This document shows, piece after piece, positions 62,988 to 64,000 of a stretch of 64,000 nucleotides of DNA. Under the pieces are notes generated by a model. The model did not search any database. It had not been told where the DNA came from and saw nothing but the letters and a program-made list of their open reading frames with translations. The first letter of the stretch is position 1. Every line of letters begins with the position of its first letter. The DNA is from Takakia lepidozioides (taxonomy: Eukaryota; Plantae; Bryophyta), in the NCBI GenBank assembly GCA_030704615.1, contig CM060733.1, positions 48,856,001 through 48,920,000 on the forward strand, read 5' to 3'. The translations under genes and the position numbers were made by a program.

Positions 62988-64000
62988 ATGAATACGGAAA
63001 AAGGGAAACGGAACGAACGGCAAGTACAGAAAAGCGAAAATTCTTGTCACATGTGTGATCCTAGTGGACTATCCAGCAGGGAAAGTCCACTAAAGAAAAT
63101 AAAATCTAAAATCCAGTCACAGCGGATACAGCCAATAGAAAACCAGAGAAATGATCAAGAAAATGGAGGGAAATTGAGCGCAAGAGGCGGCGTCGTTCTG
63201 AGTAACGGGCGTCTCGACAGGACAGACCATCAATGCTATAGCTTGGAAACTATGGAGGAACTAACAGACTATACGCTCGCAATATTACTTACGCAGTGGC
63301 ATAGACACGAAAGAACAGAGCGGAACTTTTCTCTTGAGCGATGCTTGCAAGCCCCGCAGGCTTACAAGAAATTACCCATAGCTTTCTGTGGCAACCATAC
63401 GTTTATGCTTTGTGCACTACAGGCATTTCTGGAGTTGTTACAGCCAAAATATTTCTGGGAAAATAAGGAGAGTGAGAGGAATGGAGGAAATCAGGGTGAA
63501 GAGCACCACAATTCTGCAGAAACAAACGATTGCTACCCCACAGGCGATACATATACTGAAGGAGCTGAGATTGCAAGGATTGCAAAGCATAGATTGGACA
63601 TTACACCATAGACAGTACATGTTACAATTTTTGCAGAACTTTGAGCCAAGGACAGGAACAACAACGGTGAAGGGAGTTGAATTAGCAATTACTCCCCTAT
63701 ACCTCCAGCAATTGTTTCGATTGCCAGCAGGTCAGGTGCATATGGAGGAACACAGGGCAAGACTGCAAATAGGGGACTTATTCCAAGAAGGGAGTTTCTT
63801 TAAAACTCAGGGTTATGCTTGTACCAAGGCTGTGTACCCAGGGCTAAAGGAGGTAGGCCAGGTATTGAACGTTCTGATTGCCATGAAACAGAACCAACAG
63901 TATTTGAGCAGATCCTTCACGGAGGAAATACTCAAAGCCCTGAAGGGACAAGAAGTAGAATGGGCGGACATAATGTACAACGCACTGGTGGAGGAGATGA
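62988..64000 (+). other. Extra ORF region 3' of integrase (retrotransposon accessory ORF, broken, runs off the window)
   Basis: 207-aa ORF followed by a further open stretch ending ..LKGQEVEWADIMYNAL; no recognisable catalytic motif. Confidence 0.35.

Overview
Eukaryotic, repeat-saturated plant DNA, most likely from a non-seed land plant (many PLS-class PPR fragments; this host call is an inference). No intact host gene is evident. The window is a stack of nested and decayed transposons between PPR pseudogene fragments. The main find is a Ty3/Gypsy retrotransposon (~29.2-34.9 kb, minus strand) whose Pol carries a full-length DNMT3-like C5 cytosine methyltransferase domain (motifs I-X, catalytic PC intact, one frameshift) between protease and RT. 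A matching integrase C-terminus ending in a PHD finger, followed by a PPT and LTR, lies inverted at 23.4-24.7 kb. Together these suggest a retroelement encoding both a chromatin reader and a DNA-methylation writer. A ~16.4 kb CACTA element (41258-57617) splits a GCM-domain MULE. It has divergent TnpA/TnpD genes, a captured FCP1/NIF HAD phosphatase domain inside TnpA, two LINEs in a TnpA intron and a PPR-derived minisatellite. Other content: further GCM-DDE-SWIM MULE copies, a hAT MITE with TSD, a Sola-like transposase remnant, a RING-domain pseudogene, a tRNA-like element and a second Gypsy pol at the right end. Domain calls are by eye from motifs; no searches were run. Many indels may be decay or consensus error.
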